DNA of 64,000 bases, from contig NC_135915.1 of the NCBI RefSeq assembly GCF_964194155.1, forward strand, positions 1,612,001 to 1,676,000, read 5' to 3'. Under the pieces are notes generated by a model, which was given only the letters and a program-made list of their open reading frames with translations, searched no databases and was not told where the DNA came from. Of the stretch, positions 48,691 through 61,800 are shown piece by piece. The DNA comes from Cetorhinus maximus. Its lineage: Eukaryota. The translations under genes were made by a program, and so were the position numbers. Each line of letters begins with the position of its first letter. Position 1 is the stretch's first letter.

Positions 48691-49676
48691 GACTTGCACG
48701 GACCAAGTTTCAGCAGTTCAAAGGCGCTGAATGCCGTTCCAAATGTGTTTCATCATATTCTGGCCAACGGCAATGGCGATCAGTGGCACTTCAAGGTTTC
48801 TGATCTTTAGAGCGACGGCACCCATCACTCTATGATGCCCAAATAATAGCCGGAGAATGGCACAGGAGTAAAGAAATTAACATTAGAAAAAGGGCTGCGC
48901 GAACAAAGAAAGGGAAATAATTTTCTGAGATACAGACGAATTGGCTCAAATTTAGGATCGACTTCATGGAAGAATTTTAATACATGAATGAAGACGTAAA
49001 GATTCAGTTGCTGCAAGACCAGGAAATAATGTGGATCAGTTTTTATATGATTAGGGGGCGAATGGTGGTTGGTGTCTGTTAGGGTATGGGCAGCTTTGAT
49101 TTTGTCGCACTGTGGCTCATATGTGTTGTGGCAAGGAGGTTATCTAGCATCGCTTTGGAATACCTGAATCTGGATATAACCATGGCCAGTTAATGCAGCA
49201 GGCGGGCTGAGATAGAGGGCAATGTTACTGAGGTGATAGCAGAGAGGATTGGTAACAGAGATGATGTGGTTTTGGAATCCATCTCAGCGTTAAATCGTTC
49301 ACTGAGGTTGCAAAGAAGCGTAGTTCACCCTGAGGTAATGGCCAGGGATGTAAGTGAGTCCAATTATAGAGAATAGACTTTGTGACCTGGACAGGAAACA
49401 ATGACATCCATTGTCGCGATAGATAAATAAAAATGGGTAACGCCACAGATCGTGGTTTACCGATCTAATAATTGGTAACACAGTTTAAAATGAGCACCAG
49501 CAGATTTGAAGATGAGGAAGTAAATTGAATGAATTTTAATGCAGTTAGCAATGGTTTTCAAAGTTAATAACTCGAGACAGAGATCAGCAGGAGCAACAAC
49601 AGCAATAAGGAGTGAAGAGTAATTGAGAGGATCAGTAAGCATTGCTTAGAGAATTAAGAGCCTGTTAGAAATTTAC

Positions 49677-49869
49677 CAGGGACGTTAACAATTGCGAAGA
49701 TGGAACAGTAAAAGTGTTGAGTCAACTTAAGTCCATAAAAGTTCCGAGATTCCAATGTAATACAAGGAGAATCATAAGACACATTTATAAACCAATAGGA
49801 TAGATCTCTATTCTTATTAGCAAAAAAGAAATGTATTGTCCTTAGATTCGGATCTCTCCTCATCCTCAT
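49677..49869 (-). pseudogene. Exon 1 of GPCR gene 2 (longer N-terminus + TM1)
   Basis: MRMRRDPNLRT...LKLTQHFYCSIFAIVNVP G|GTAAAT. Same TM1 ending (A.xGVP/NVP + G|GT, phase 1) as gene 1, and it joins exon 2 in frame. The start codon is uncertain. Confidence 0.7.
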
Positions 49870-51204
49870 CTCTTGACCCGCTGATTCCTGTGACGGAGAT
49901 GATGTTCCCGTTGCCACTATGGTATAACACAATGTAATGAGTTCAGCATTAGTAGCTGAGCGGAAGCCTCCAGTCACACAATTATTCTCCATGGAGACTG
50001 CCATTAATTAAGTCACTGAACAAACAGCTTCAGTTCACCGCTTTCAAACCTGTTTTTTCACAAAGAAGCCGACCATTTGCCAGGCCTGTGCGTTATGTAA
50101 TGATGTTGCTGAGGCAAGGTAGGTAAATATAATCGAGACACTGACTACTGTCTTTTCTTCACACAAGAATATCACAGTAGTGCCAGAGGACTGAAGGGTT
50201 GTAAATCGTACATGCTATTATTTAAAGATAGAGACGGAGAGAGAGAAAGAAAGAGAGAAGTAATTCATGTAACTACAAGTGGGTCAATAAAATAGTGCTG
50301 ATGGGTCAATTTCTTGATGCTATCGTCTGGTTTTAAAAAATCATTATATGGGAGAAAAATCGATTAATATATGAAATGCAGGACACATATTTTGATGAAA
50401 CATCATATCCACTAAAATTGATTGAGGCCGCTGATGAAAAAATATAAACATTGATGAGGATAGTGTTGGTAATGTTAACTGTCTCGACTTCCAAAATCTA
50501 TTTGATCGTGTGCCGTTTAATTGTCTTGTTCTGCAATCTGAAAAGAGCGTATATGAACAATGCCAATGTGGATGTGACACAGGTCAAGTTTTAAAGATGC
50601 TTCAGAAAAATAGGGGGTGTACCTATGCAAGTATTGGAGATTGCAGATCGATTGATAAGATGGTTTATAAAATATATTTATTTTTATAAATGGGTGTATT
50701 AGACTGGGGTTTTCCTTTTGCCTCAGACAGGTCGATTCCAGCTGTTTCCCAAGGGTCCTCCTCGACTCTGAAAGTCAGCCCATTCCCGATTCAGGCTAGC
50801 TGTGATTCCTAACGTAGTTCAATAGAAACAGTCAGTCCATACCCGTAAAGGAATTAACATTGTAATCTTGATTCCAGTGTGAGACCAATTATCCTGTAAT
50901 GTCCAGATAGAGTTTCGCAAAAACAGGCCTGACAAAGCATAAACTGTTCTGGTATTAACGCTTTGGAATTCAAGATATTGGGGAGAGCAAACATTCTTGT
51001 TTTGCTCTCCCAAGACATTACAGCATGGGGACACTCTTTCCCATCAAACACATGCAGGGATATTGCAGCACAGGTTCGACACAGGTACGGATTCAGAGGT
51101 GGAAATGGATATTCTTAGTGATCGCCGTGATATGTGTGCTTCTCCTCAGATGCAATGGCAGTCCATGCCTAAATGCAACAAGGCCTGGGTCCTGTCAATG
51201 CCAG

Positions 51205-51995
51205 GGCTGAGAAGTGGCAAGTATCATTCGGGCCACACAATTGCCAGGCAATGAGCATCTCCATCAAGAGAGAATCCAACCATAACCCCTTGATGTTAAA
51301 TTTACTGTATAAATTCAGGGGTTACCATTTACCAGAAACTGAGCTGGACGAGCCGCATAAATAAAAGGGCTACTAGACCAGATGAGTGATTAAATTCTGC
51401 GGAGATTAACTCACCTCCTGCCACCACCCCCCACGCCACCTCCCCAAACCACCCCCCCCCCACCCCCCAAAATTCCTTTCCATTATTTATAAAGCAAATG
51501 TCAGGAGCGTGATGGAATACTCTCCACTTACCTAGAGAAGCGAACCTCCAACAATGCTGAAGAAGATTAACAAAGTCCAGCCAAAGCAGTCCACTTGATT
51601 GGGACCACATACATAAAACATCACTCTCCCCACCGCCAACGATCACTGGTAGCAGAGTGTACCATCTACAAGCTGCACAGCAGGAAATTAACAAAAGTCT
51701 GTAGGCTGCACTTTCCAAACCCAGGATCTCTACTGCCTAGAAGGAAAAGGGCAGCAGGCACATGTGAACACCAATAACTGGAAGTTCCGCTCCGAGCCAC
51801 TCACCATTCTGATTTGGAGCAATATCGCCACTTCTTCAGTGCTGCTGAGTCAAAGTCCTGCAATTTCCTCACTTACAGCACTCTGGGTGTAACTACACCA
51901 CAAGAAGGCAGCTCACCACCACCATCTCAAGGGCAATTAGGGATGGAAAATAAATGCTCGCCACCGACGCTCATATACTGAACATGAATAATAAT
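51205..51995 (+). mobile_element. CR1-group LINE 3' fragment (different subfamily)
   Basis: AEKWQVSFGPHNCQAMSIS, IYKANVRSVMEYSPL and HHSPHRQRSLVAECTIYKLH; tail ending CATGAATAATAATAAA. Confidence 0.75.
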
Positions 51996-52569
51996 AAATT
52001 ATAAACTTCTGTCAAACTTGATTATGAAAAGAAAGTTGGATACGGTCTAGTTGAAAAACATACAGTTGCCAGTTGGACGGATGGATTCAGAATGCCAAGT
52101 ATGGGGTCAGTGGTGAGCACAGAGGACAATGACTTCGATTTTCACAGTTCGGAGGTTATTAAAAATTCATTGTGATGATTCAATGTCTATGATTGAAAAT
52201 ATAGGAAAGGAATAGTTCATCTCACTCGCAGTTACCGCACGTCATCCAACTGGCCCCGCCCAACCACAACCCCCACCCAATTCTCCATGCTCCCATATCC
52301 TGGATTAATCAGCTCCAGACTCTCATTCAGAACAGTGTGGGGATATTAACGCTTGCTCTTATTGATCAAGCCTATGTAATTTGACTTACTTCTCATTACA
52401 AATTACATCTTCTAGTGCCTTATTTTTAGCGATTAGCTGCTCACTTCAGTGACATTGTTGGCGATATGAAGAAAAATCTGAGATCTCATCCAAATTGAAA
52501 CACTTTTGGTCAATGGACATTTAATTAGCCCAAGGAGGCACAACGTGGAATGCTTCCTTAACTACTCAC

Positions 52570-53720
52570 CAATATCGGAGCGGCAATGTCAATGAAAACA
52601 AAACTCTCCAAGGAGGTAGATACGAATGGATACCTAATGTGCAGGATGACCTGCGAAACTGAGGACCTGAAAACCAAGATTCATTCAATACTAACGCATC
52701 CGGATTTTCCAGAGATCCACTGGGGACACGTTTGGGATTTTCCCAGGCAACACGACATCGGTATTTCAAGGCACTTGCTAATGCCACCATTAAAAGTTCT
52801 GGAGACTGTGTATGCAAACCCTAACAGACAGTCTGAGAAGTTAATGCACTTTTTCTAGTTATCACTGAAGGACTGGCTAACATCTCCACTCAGAAAGTGC
52901 CTGATATTCTGTCTCCTCAGGGAATCATTCACATTTAGAGCAGCTTCTCCAGCTATTGTTGATAAAGTCTCATGCACTGACGTCTGTTGGGCCTTCATCC
53001 GCCATATTCTCTCTGCCATCGCTCGGAATACTAAACCGTTCATTGCGATCAACTGGATTCTGGTTAAAACATGAGACACAAATCTTATCCAAGGATTTAC
53101 CTCAAACGTTGATCAACAATTCCATAACTGCATCCATCATGGACATTTTAATATTTTCTATAAATTACCCCGCTTCAGTTTTTCTTTCCGATAATAACTA
53201 TAATATATGCTGCGTTCGGCCACTGTCATTCAGTAATGTAATTATTTTCTCTTGGAACTCAGAGACAAGCAGGTATACACCAGAGCCAAATTTAGGAAGT
53301 AATTCACCCATTATGCTTTGCGAGAGTGGGTCTGATACATCAAAAAACAATTTCCTTTCCAAGGTCTAAATTTCGTGGTTTCCTATATTCTGTTTGCACC
53401 ACAAGAGGTGGATCTATAGAAAATGTAGATTGCGTAACATGGCGTCAGACCTGATTTGCATAACTGGAAGATTTTGCAGTTGCGGACATGCACTGCTCTC
53501 CATCTCCTCTACAAACCTAAGGAACAATTCAATATCTCCCTGGTGTGGATTGGATGGCGAGAATCCATATCCTGATCCTTCATGGATATTTAAACTGTAA
53601 GGACATATTACTGTATCTCTTACTTGCTGACATCGCACCAGGGTTGTAGATGAGGTCTTAGTTATCCATGACACTCGCAGAGATGTTCAAAGCTACATTA
53701 CAAGCTTTGCCTCAAATACC
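52570..53720 (-). other. Unidentified degenerate coding-like exon
   Basis: Non-repetitive, protein-like minus-strand frames with scattered stops, ending at a consensus donor ATTG|GTGAGT (GT at 52569-52568). Family not recognised. Confidence 0.3.
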
Positions 53721-54514
53721 TGACACTATTTACGGCCTTTGTAGCACGTGTCTAATGCTTTTTGCGGTAATCAGGAGATACGCCTGATGATTTGGAGCTT
53801 GAAGAGTGAATTTCAACATTATTCCTAACACTGTATCGTTAACAGTACTTTTACATCTGTGATAAACTATATGTGAATTAATCAACCTTCTTATTCTACA
53901 TATATTCAAATAAGGTGAAATTTAGTTCTTTGTCAATTGAGTTACGTGGTCACTGTTAATCCAATTAGTTACAGATAGATCCTCTAATTTCTCTAAATCA
54001 TGGTTGGTCTGTACTTTCCTGTGAATCACACACAGATCTTTCTGTTCTGTTTCTGTGCTAGAATTTAGTTCTTCTTTGGGATGCTAACTAGAGTCAAAGA
54101 AATGTTATTAAATTGACAGTAATTATTAGATCCTCATATAGCTGATCTTTTGTGACATTATTGATTTGCTGTAAGAAACCCTTGATTTGTTCCTGAGCGT
54201 TCCTTAACTCGCCATTCAATGATCTTAAACGGTATCTATTTTCACCGTTCCGACCATACTGACTTCCATAATTATATCAATGCTCAAACTCCTTTTCTTC
54301 ATCATTTCTTCTGAGCTGCAGGCTTTAAGGATTGTGCAAGGTAGAGGGCGCCACTTCTCCCACTTCTTTCTCAAGGGTTTCATTTTCCTTTTACATTCCC
54401 AGTGATCAACATTTGACCCCACCCCGGCCGCCAAAAAAATGTCCACTTGTTGTTACATGGTACACACTGTCCCTTTACCACCATTTCCACCTTGCTACAG
54501 TAGAATTCAGAATA

Positions 54515-54865
54515 ACAGAGAATTAGAGGAGCTTGACTGAATGGATTCTGAGAGGCTGTTGCCTCACGTGGGGGATTCTAGAAAAAGGGGGCAGTTTCAA
54601 ATGAAGTGGTCTCCCAATTAGGACAAAGATGAGGTAAATTTATTTCCGGAATGCTTGATAGCCTATGCATTTCAATTTCCCAAAGAGTTGTGGAGGCTAG
54701 GTTATTAAATATATTCAATGCACATTCAGGCAGACTTTGATCGTCAAGGGTCTCAAGAATTAAAGTGGACAAGCAAGGAAGTGGAGTTACGATTACAACC
54801 AGAACTTATTCACGCCATAATAGACTCGATGGAATGACTGGCATCTCTGCTCATATTTCTTGTGA
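54515..54865 (+). mobile_element. Old CR1 LINE 3' fragment
   Basis: TAGAATTCAGAA...GAGAATTAGAGGAG and AGAGTTGTGGAGGCTAGGTTATTAAATATATTCAA, matching the other CR1 tails in the window. Confidence 0.65.
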
Positions 54866-55714
54866 TCGAGTTATTGAACTTGCTTTCGCTGGCTCATTGA
54901 ATGATACAATAAGCGGCAATCTGCCTCCCTTCATTTTTCTACCTTATCAAATCTAATCCACTGCTGCATCATATTTCCCCTTGATCCAAAAAGTTTATCC
55001 TCTTAAAAGGACATGTAAAATGCAGTTCCTTCACATAGAATTCAGGTTTGGCCTTGTTCATCCAGGTAGGTGATCGTTCATGGGCGCAAACCTAGTTCAG
55101 AGCCCACACTTTTACACCACACGACTCCAAAGAGGGTGCAGAGCACAGTCTTCTTCATTTATTTTTCTACCTGTTCAATAAAATGTCAATTTCGCTCGAC
55201 TACAATATCCAGGATAAGTATTTCACAATTGAATCATTACCCCTGGCATTTATAAAACCTCAACTTACATTTCAGAACTCTGAATGCTATTGTCCTCTAG
55301 GTTCCGCATCTCATTGTTGGCATCTATTTCCCAATTTTTGAGGGAGTGGGGTTAATATCAGTGATCTGTGTGACTGTCTCTGTTGCATAATTACCATTGG
55401 CATATCCTGTTCTTCCATGGTACACCATTTCCTCATACTCACAACAATCCCGTCTGGAACACACTGGCAGAAAGGATGGTCCAGGCAGAAAGCCTCCTAA
55501 CATTTGCAGAACAAAAAAAAAGAAATGTTTTGGCGTTCACTTGAATTGCTGTTAAATCAGGACAACGAACAGAAAATTGAGATTAGGATGGACAACGTTA
55601 TCATTCAACAGAAACACTATGGGCCATATGTCACTCATCTGTGAATTCAAGTTTCTAACTCTCTATGTCTGTTGTAACGTTCCACTGACTGAACTGGACC
55701 TATCAGATTCAGCG

Positions 55715-58700
55715 TCACTGGGGAGTGTGTCAGTATTTAGAAAGAACACCTGGAGAATGTGTTAATATTTATAACTAAGACATGTTGATGTGCCAGTCAT
55801 TATAATGAAACCCTGTGGAGGATTACAACAGTTCTAATGAATCCCTCGGGTTTTGCAGGTGCGGGTTGGGGGAGAAAGCGGGCGGTGAGTGTTGGGCGGT
55901 GTGGAAGGGAGTTGGTGGCGGGGTGGTGATGTCAGTATAGATTATGCGTCCATGGGGAGTGTTTCAGTGTTTATGCTGGATCACTGCCTTGTGGGTCAGA
56001 ACCTTTACTGAATCCCTGGCTAGTGTTTTAATATTTACAGTGACCCATACATCGTGTTTCAGTATTTATATAACGAATCAATGGCGAGTGTGTTAGATTT
56101 TATTAATGGATCCCTGGCGAGCTTGTCAGTATTTAACATGAATCGCGGGGAGTGTGTCAGTGATTTTAATTTTTCCCTGAAGAGTGTGTCAGTATTAATA
56201 ATGAGTAATTGAGTAGTCCATCAGGTTATACAATGAATGTGTTTGGACATAACCTGTATTTATAATGAATCCTAGGTTAGTGTGTCAGCATTTATATTGA
56301 CTCCACGAATAATGTGTCAGTATTGGTAATTAATCCGTGGGGAGTGTGCCAGTAATTATAATGAATCCCTGGGGTGACTGACATAATTATAATGACTCAG
56401 TGTTTAGTTTATCAGTATTTATAATTGAACATTGGGATTTGATTCAGTATTCATAATGCATCTCTGGGGATTGTGGCATTGTTTACAATTAATCCTTGGC
56501 GAATGTGCTCGTATTGATAATGAATAGCTGGATATTGTGTCAGTGTTTATTGTTAATCCCTGGGGACTTTGTCAGTGTTGTTAAAGAATCGCTGGGAATT
56601 GTGTCTGTATTCATAATTAATAAATGGGGAAGGTGTCGCTATTGATAGTTATTCCCCGGGGATTGTGTCAGTAAATCTAACGAATTTATGGGGAGGTTCT
56701 CAGTATTTAACATGAAACCCTGAGGAGAATTTGTTATGAAAACTTGGGGATTGTGTAAGTATCCAGATTGAATCACTGCAGAGTTTTTCAGCATCCACAC
56801 GGAATTCCACCGGAACTCGTCAGTATTGATAATGATTCTGTGGGGAGTGTGTCAGTATTTAGTATGGATCCTTGGAGAGTGTGTCAGCATTTATAAAGGA
56901 TCCAAGGTTTGTATGGGGGCGTGACAGTATTTAAAATTAATTCGTAGACAGTGTGTCAGTATTGTTAATGAATCTGTGAAGAGTATTTTATTATTCAAAA
57001 CATATCTTTGGGGAGTGCATTAGAATTTATAATAAAACCCTGGGGAGTGTGTCAGTATTCAGACTGAATCACTGCAGACTTCATCAGCATTCACACGGAA
57101 TTCCCCGGAGCCCGTCCGTATTTATAATGAATCGGTGGGGAGTGTGTCAGTATCTATTATGGACGCCAGGGGAATGTGTCAGTATTGATAATGAAGCCAT
57201 GGGGAGTGCGTCAGTATTCATAATGGATCCTTGTGGAATCTGACAGGATTTGTAATGGATCCCTGGGAAGTGTGTCAGTATTTGCAATGAATCCACAGGG
57301 AGATTGCTATTTAGTCTTTACATCGGATCCCCGCAAAGTTTTTAAATATTGATAGTGAAACCAAGGTAACCGTGGCAGTAATTGTAATGAATCCCTGTTG
57401 AGTGTGTCAGTATTCATCAGGATTCTCTGGGACGTCTGTCAGTGTTTATAATGAATCCAGTGATGATTGTTAGTATTTCTGTTCAATCCCTGGCTATTGT
57501 TACTCTATTTATCACGAATTCCTGAGGATTGTGTCATTGTTTATACTGAATCCCTTGGGAGTGCGTGAGTGATTGTAAAAAATACCAGAGGTGTTTATCA
57601 TTATAAAGAACCCCCAGGGTCGTGTGCAAGTGTTTATAATAAAGACGAGGGAGTGTAGAGGGACGTGAGTATTACCAGAGAAACCTCGGACGGTGTGTCA
57701 GTGTTTCAACAGCATTCCTGTGGGTAGGGGGTGTGTTGGTGAAAGTGTTTAAAATGAATCCCTCTGGAAAGTGTCAGTATATTTAATGAATCCCTGGGTA
57801 GTGTGTCAATATTTATAATGAACCCCTGGAGAGTATGTTAATATTTACCATGAATCCCTGGGGAGTGTGTCATTTTTTAAAAGTATCCCCGGGAAGTGTC
57901 TGAGTATTTATAATGAAGCCTTCGGGTGCGTGTCAGCGAATATCATGAATCCCTGGGCTGTGTGTCAATATTTATAATGAACCCTGGGGGCTGCGTCATT
58001 ATGTCTAATGAATTCCTGAGGAATGTGCCAGTGTTTATAAAGAACCTCTGGAGAATGTGTCGTTATTTAACATTGATCCCTTGGGAGTATGCCAGGGTGC
58101 ATAATGAATCTCTAGGGAATGTGTCGCTATTTGTCATAAATCCCTGGGGAGTTTGCCAGTATGCATAATGAATCTCTGGGGAATGTGTTGCTATTTATCA
58201 TAAATCCCTGGGGAGTTTGCCAGTGTGCATAATGAATCTCTGGGGAATGTGTCGCTATTTATCATAAATCCCTGGGGAGTTTGCCAGTATGCATAATGAA
58301 TCTCTGGGGAACGTGAAGCTATTTATCAGTAATCCCTGGGGAGTTTGCCAGTGTGCATAATGAATCTCTGGGGAATGTGTCGATATTTATCATTAATCCC
58401 TGCCTACGTCAGTATTTGCACGATGCCGACACGAGTTTTGCCAGTATTTAGACGGGGCCACTGGAATTTATGTCACTGTTTACAGAGCATTTGTGATTTT
58501 GTGTGGCATTATAAACAGAATTTTACTTGGGAATATATCAGTATTAAGAGAGGGCCTTGTGTCAGAATCTATGGGGAACCCCCGGGGAATGTATGGGTGA
58601 TTGCAAATACTTATTGGGGAGTGTGTCAGTATTTGCAATCAATCTCTGGGGACTCGGCCACATTTGAAATGAATCCCTGAGCTGTGAGTAAGTAGTTGTG

Positions 58701-58760
58701 ACGAATACCTGGGGCGGTAGCCACTATCTGGCAGGTGTTCTTCTGGACGTTGTCAGCATT
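55715..58760. repeat. ~3-kb 32-bp tandem array (~90 units), consensus GTGTCAGTATTTATAATGAATCCCTGGGGAGT
   Basis: Recurrent TGTCAGTA, TAATGA and TCCCTGGGGA blocks. A 64-bp dimer sub-array has anchors at 58152, 58216, 58280 and 58344. Confidence 0.9.
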
Positions 58761-58849
58761 CAAAATGCTTCCCATGCAGTGTGGAACTACCCATTTAGCC
58801 GGCAAGCATTTTACAGGGGAACCACGTGGACTGCATCACTATTTACAGT

Positions 58850-61800
58850 GGACAGAATTTTCCACCACACTTGTCATCGGTTGTCATGGTGGCAGGGGCT
58901 CGTCAAACTAGCAACAAAGCGAAAACTTGGTTTTATGGTGAAATCAATTTGCGATCGTCCACTCTACCCGTCAATGGCTTTCCCTGGGTCCAATATCAGG
59001 AATCTAATTTCAATTTATGAGCATCTCATCATCTTTCCTGCTCGCCGGATTCTTCCAGACACACTGGGTTTGTTACCCACGTCAGCAGGAACAATGCCGG
59101 CCCCCAATATGTATTGACAGGTGTGATGTACAGAGGTCGGGACTTACTGTTAAAAGTCTGAACTGAGCATGAGGGCCTTGTTCATAACACGCACACCTGA
59201 GGAGAAGAAAATGCTCCAGCTCTACAGATACTGGACCCTGGAGGAGCACTTGCATTGTAGCAGGGAATGATTCTGATGGACATGGCTCTGCCACGCAGCC
59301 ACACAGGGAATGTGGGAGGTGTTCATTGATGCCTGCCTGCTGCTTTTGGATATCAAGTACCTGGAAAGGGGCTGCTTTGGATGATCGCCACGGGGTGTTT
59401 GGGGAAAGAGAGGAAGGTACAGCAGTGAGTTGGAAATGTTGGGATAATGGGCGAGTGGGTGGTGGGATGGAAGGTCTAGGTTTGTCTGGGAGAGGGAGGT
59501 GTTCAGGCGAGGAAAGGTTGGGATGGTGGGAACAAAGGTATCAGGGGGTGAGGTTGGGAGTGGGCAATCGATGTTGTCAGGGGGCGGGCGAGGTGCAGGT
59601 TATGAGGCGGGGAGGAAGTAAATGGTGAGGGGAGTTTAGTGGGGAAAATGTGGCAACTAACCAAGTAGGTACAAGGGGGTTGGAATGTATAAGCGAAATA
59701 GTTCACAGGGGGGAAGAATGTCTGATTGGAGAACGAATCTCGGGGGGAGGGCTTCGCAGGCGGGTAGGAATTCGTGAGGTGAATGCAGATCACAGGGGCG
59801 AAGTAGCCCGGGGGAGGAATGAGTCAGGGGGGAGGCGGGAGTATGGGTGGAGTAGGGAGTAAAGATCAAAAGGAAGTAAGAGAAGGAGATGGGGTGATTT
59901 CCAGGTGAACGTGCAAGGTAGCTGCCTGTGGAATCAATGACTCCCTCCTCTAGAGACAACAGAGTGTGGGTGGGCATGGCAAAAGGAATTGTGAGTAATG
60001 GGGTGGAAGGGGGGCGCGACGGGGGGCAGAGTGAGCCAGAAAGTTTGTAGACTGAGGATGAGATGGTAGAGGTAAAATTGATAGCGAGAGTGCATGGTTA
60101 CGGACTCAGAGTCAGACAAAGACCCTGGAGGTGGAAAGAAAGCGATTGGGGAGATCAATGTGGATCGGGGTGGGATTATCGGGGATGTAAGGAAAGTGCA
60201 TGTTAACCAGGAGATCCCGGAAAACAATGGTTTCTGTTTGGTCGGCGATGCTGATGATTTGGAAGGTGAAGCCAAGGACCTCAACAGTGATGGTGGAAAG
60301 GACATGGGTGTCTGGGGCAGGAATAACAACAGGGGAGCTGAAAGTAAGCCTTAGTCAGTCTATCGTTTTGAAATCAAATGTTTTAGGAACCTCTTGCTGG
60401 GCGGACACAGGTGCTGCACGGGAGTACGATCATTGGGTGGACGGAGATACAGTTCAGCTCAGATGGAAAACTGAAACCGCACCTGAACACGCAGCATTGA
60501 ACATTCTTGCGACATTGAGATGAGTGTGATAGAGGAAAGTTCTATTTGCGCGGGAGAAAGCTTGCACCAGGCTTCGAAATCCACTGCCAAACGCACACAC
60601 TTCTACCTCCAGTATCACTTGTGGTCTGGCTCTGTGCAGCTGAAATGCCAGTGGTTGGGGGAGGGGGTGTGTGGGCGGTGTTGGTGACGAGAGGGTGGTG
60701 CAATATGCATGAGGAAGACTCGAGAAGCCTGGAAATGCAGCTGAAAAAGTCTAGTGCAAATTACTCAGTGAAAGTGAATGTGTTTTTAGGTTATAATGGG
60801 TCAAAATGCGTCCAGCCATACAACCACGTGTGATGAAAAGTTATCCGTTTTTGTAGGCCTACCTCTTCTTCCAGGTGCTGCCCTGACATCCGCAGCAGAG
60901 TTCCAGGCAGCCAGTGTAAAGTTTGGCTCTGTTGCCTCTAGTGGATTCAGTGTGCATTACGCGTCCTCTAGAAAGGCGAGGTTATTAGGGCAAAGGCTTG
61001 CTTTGGTCATCATCATGCAGGCCAGCTGCTCCCGCTGCGCTGATTGGGAACAAAGCAGAGGAGCTTCACAGGCAAAGGAGACTCGAAGGGACAGGGCCAC
61101 TTCTGAGATTCCCGAGTGGCTGATGCTACCGTGTTCGCCTTGTTGCTCCTCCTCTTTTCAGAGGCCAAGGATCTCATATTGACTCCTTTAGGGTTATTAG
61201 AAACTGCGAGCACTTCGAAGAGCCCTGGTTCCTTCTCGTGTCACCACTGCAGGGTCTCACTCATGGCAACACCGATGGAGCACAGGTCTGCACAGATCTC
61301 TGCGTTCCGCAGGACCAGGGTCTCCATGTTCCTCCCTCCCTCCCATGGTCAGTATCAGGCACACACACGTGGGCACCATTTCATCAGAGAGATTGTGGAC
61401 GCACTCTTGTGACTTGTGTTCCAATCCGGTGAGGGCTTTGAACAGCTCTGTGCGATGTTCCCCAGCCTTCTGCTGGACTGCCACGATGAGTTGGAAGGCA
61501 AAATCCAGAGGGTCATACTCTGACTCTGAGCTCCAAAATGTCTCTTCCCCAGCCATCCTGCAAGTGCCGTGAGCTCGGCTGAACCATCCTCCTCCTGCTG
61601 CGGACATGTGTCCGTGTGGTGACGACTAGAAAGTGATCTGAGCCCGCCTAGACCTATATCTCACCGGGACCTGTGACTCTGCACTGATGGAGGGTGTGAG
61701 TACACGCTGTGATGGATCTTCCAGACTGCTTATTTCCAGCTCTTCAATGGAGGAGTTATCCTCTTCGCCGGAGGGGAGGAAATGGATGGAGCTGAGCGAC

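Noticed and set aside
48900-50004. Possible retroviral env remnant
   Set aside because: No furin site, immunosuppressive domain or CX6CC motif. The hydrophobic segment is better explained as GPCR exon 1 ending in a splice donor.
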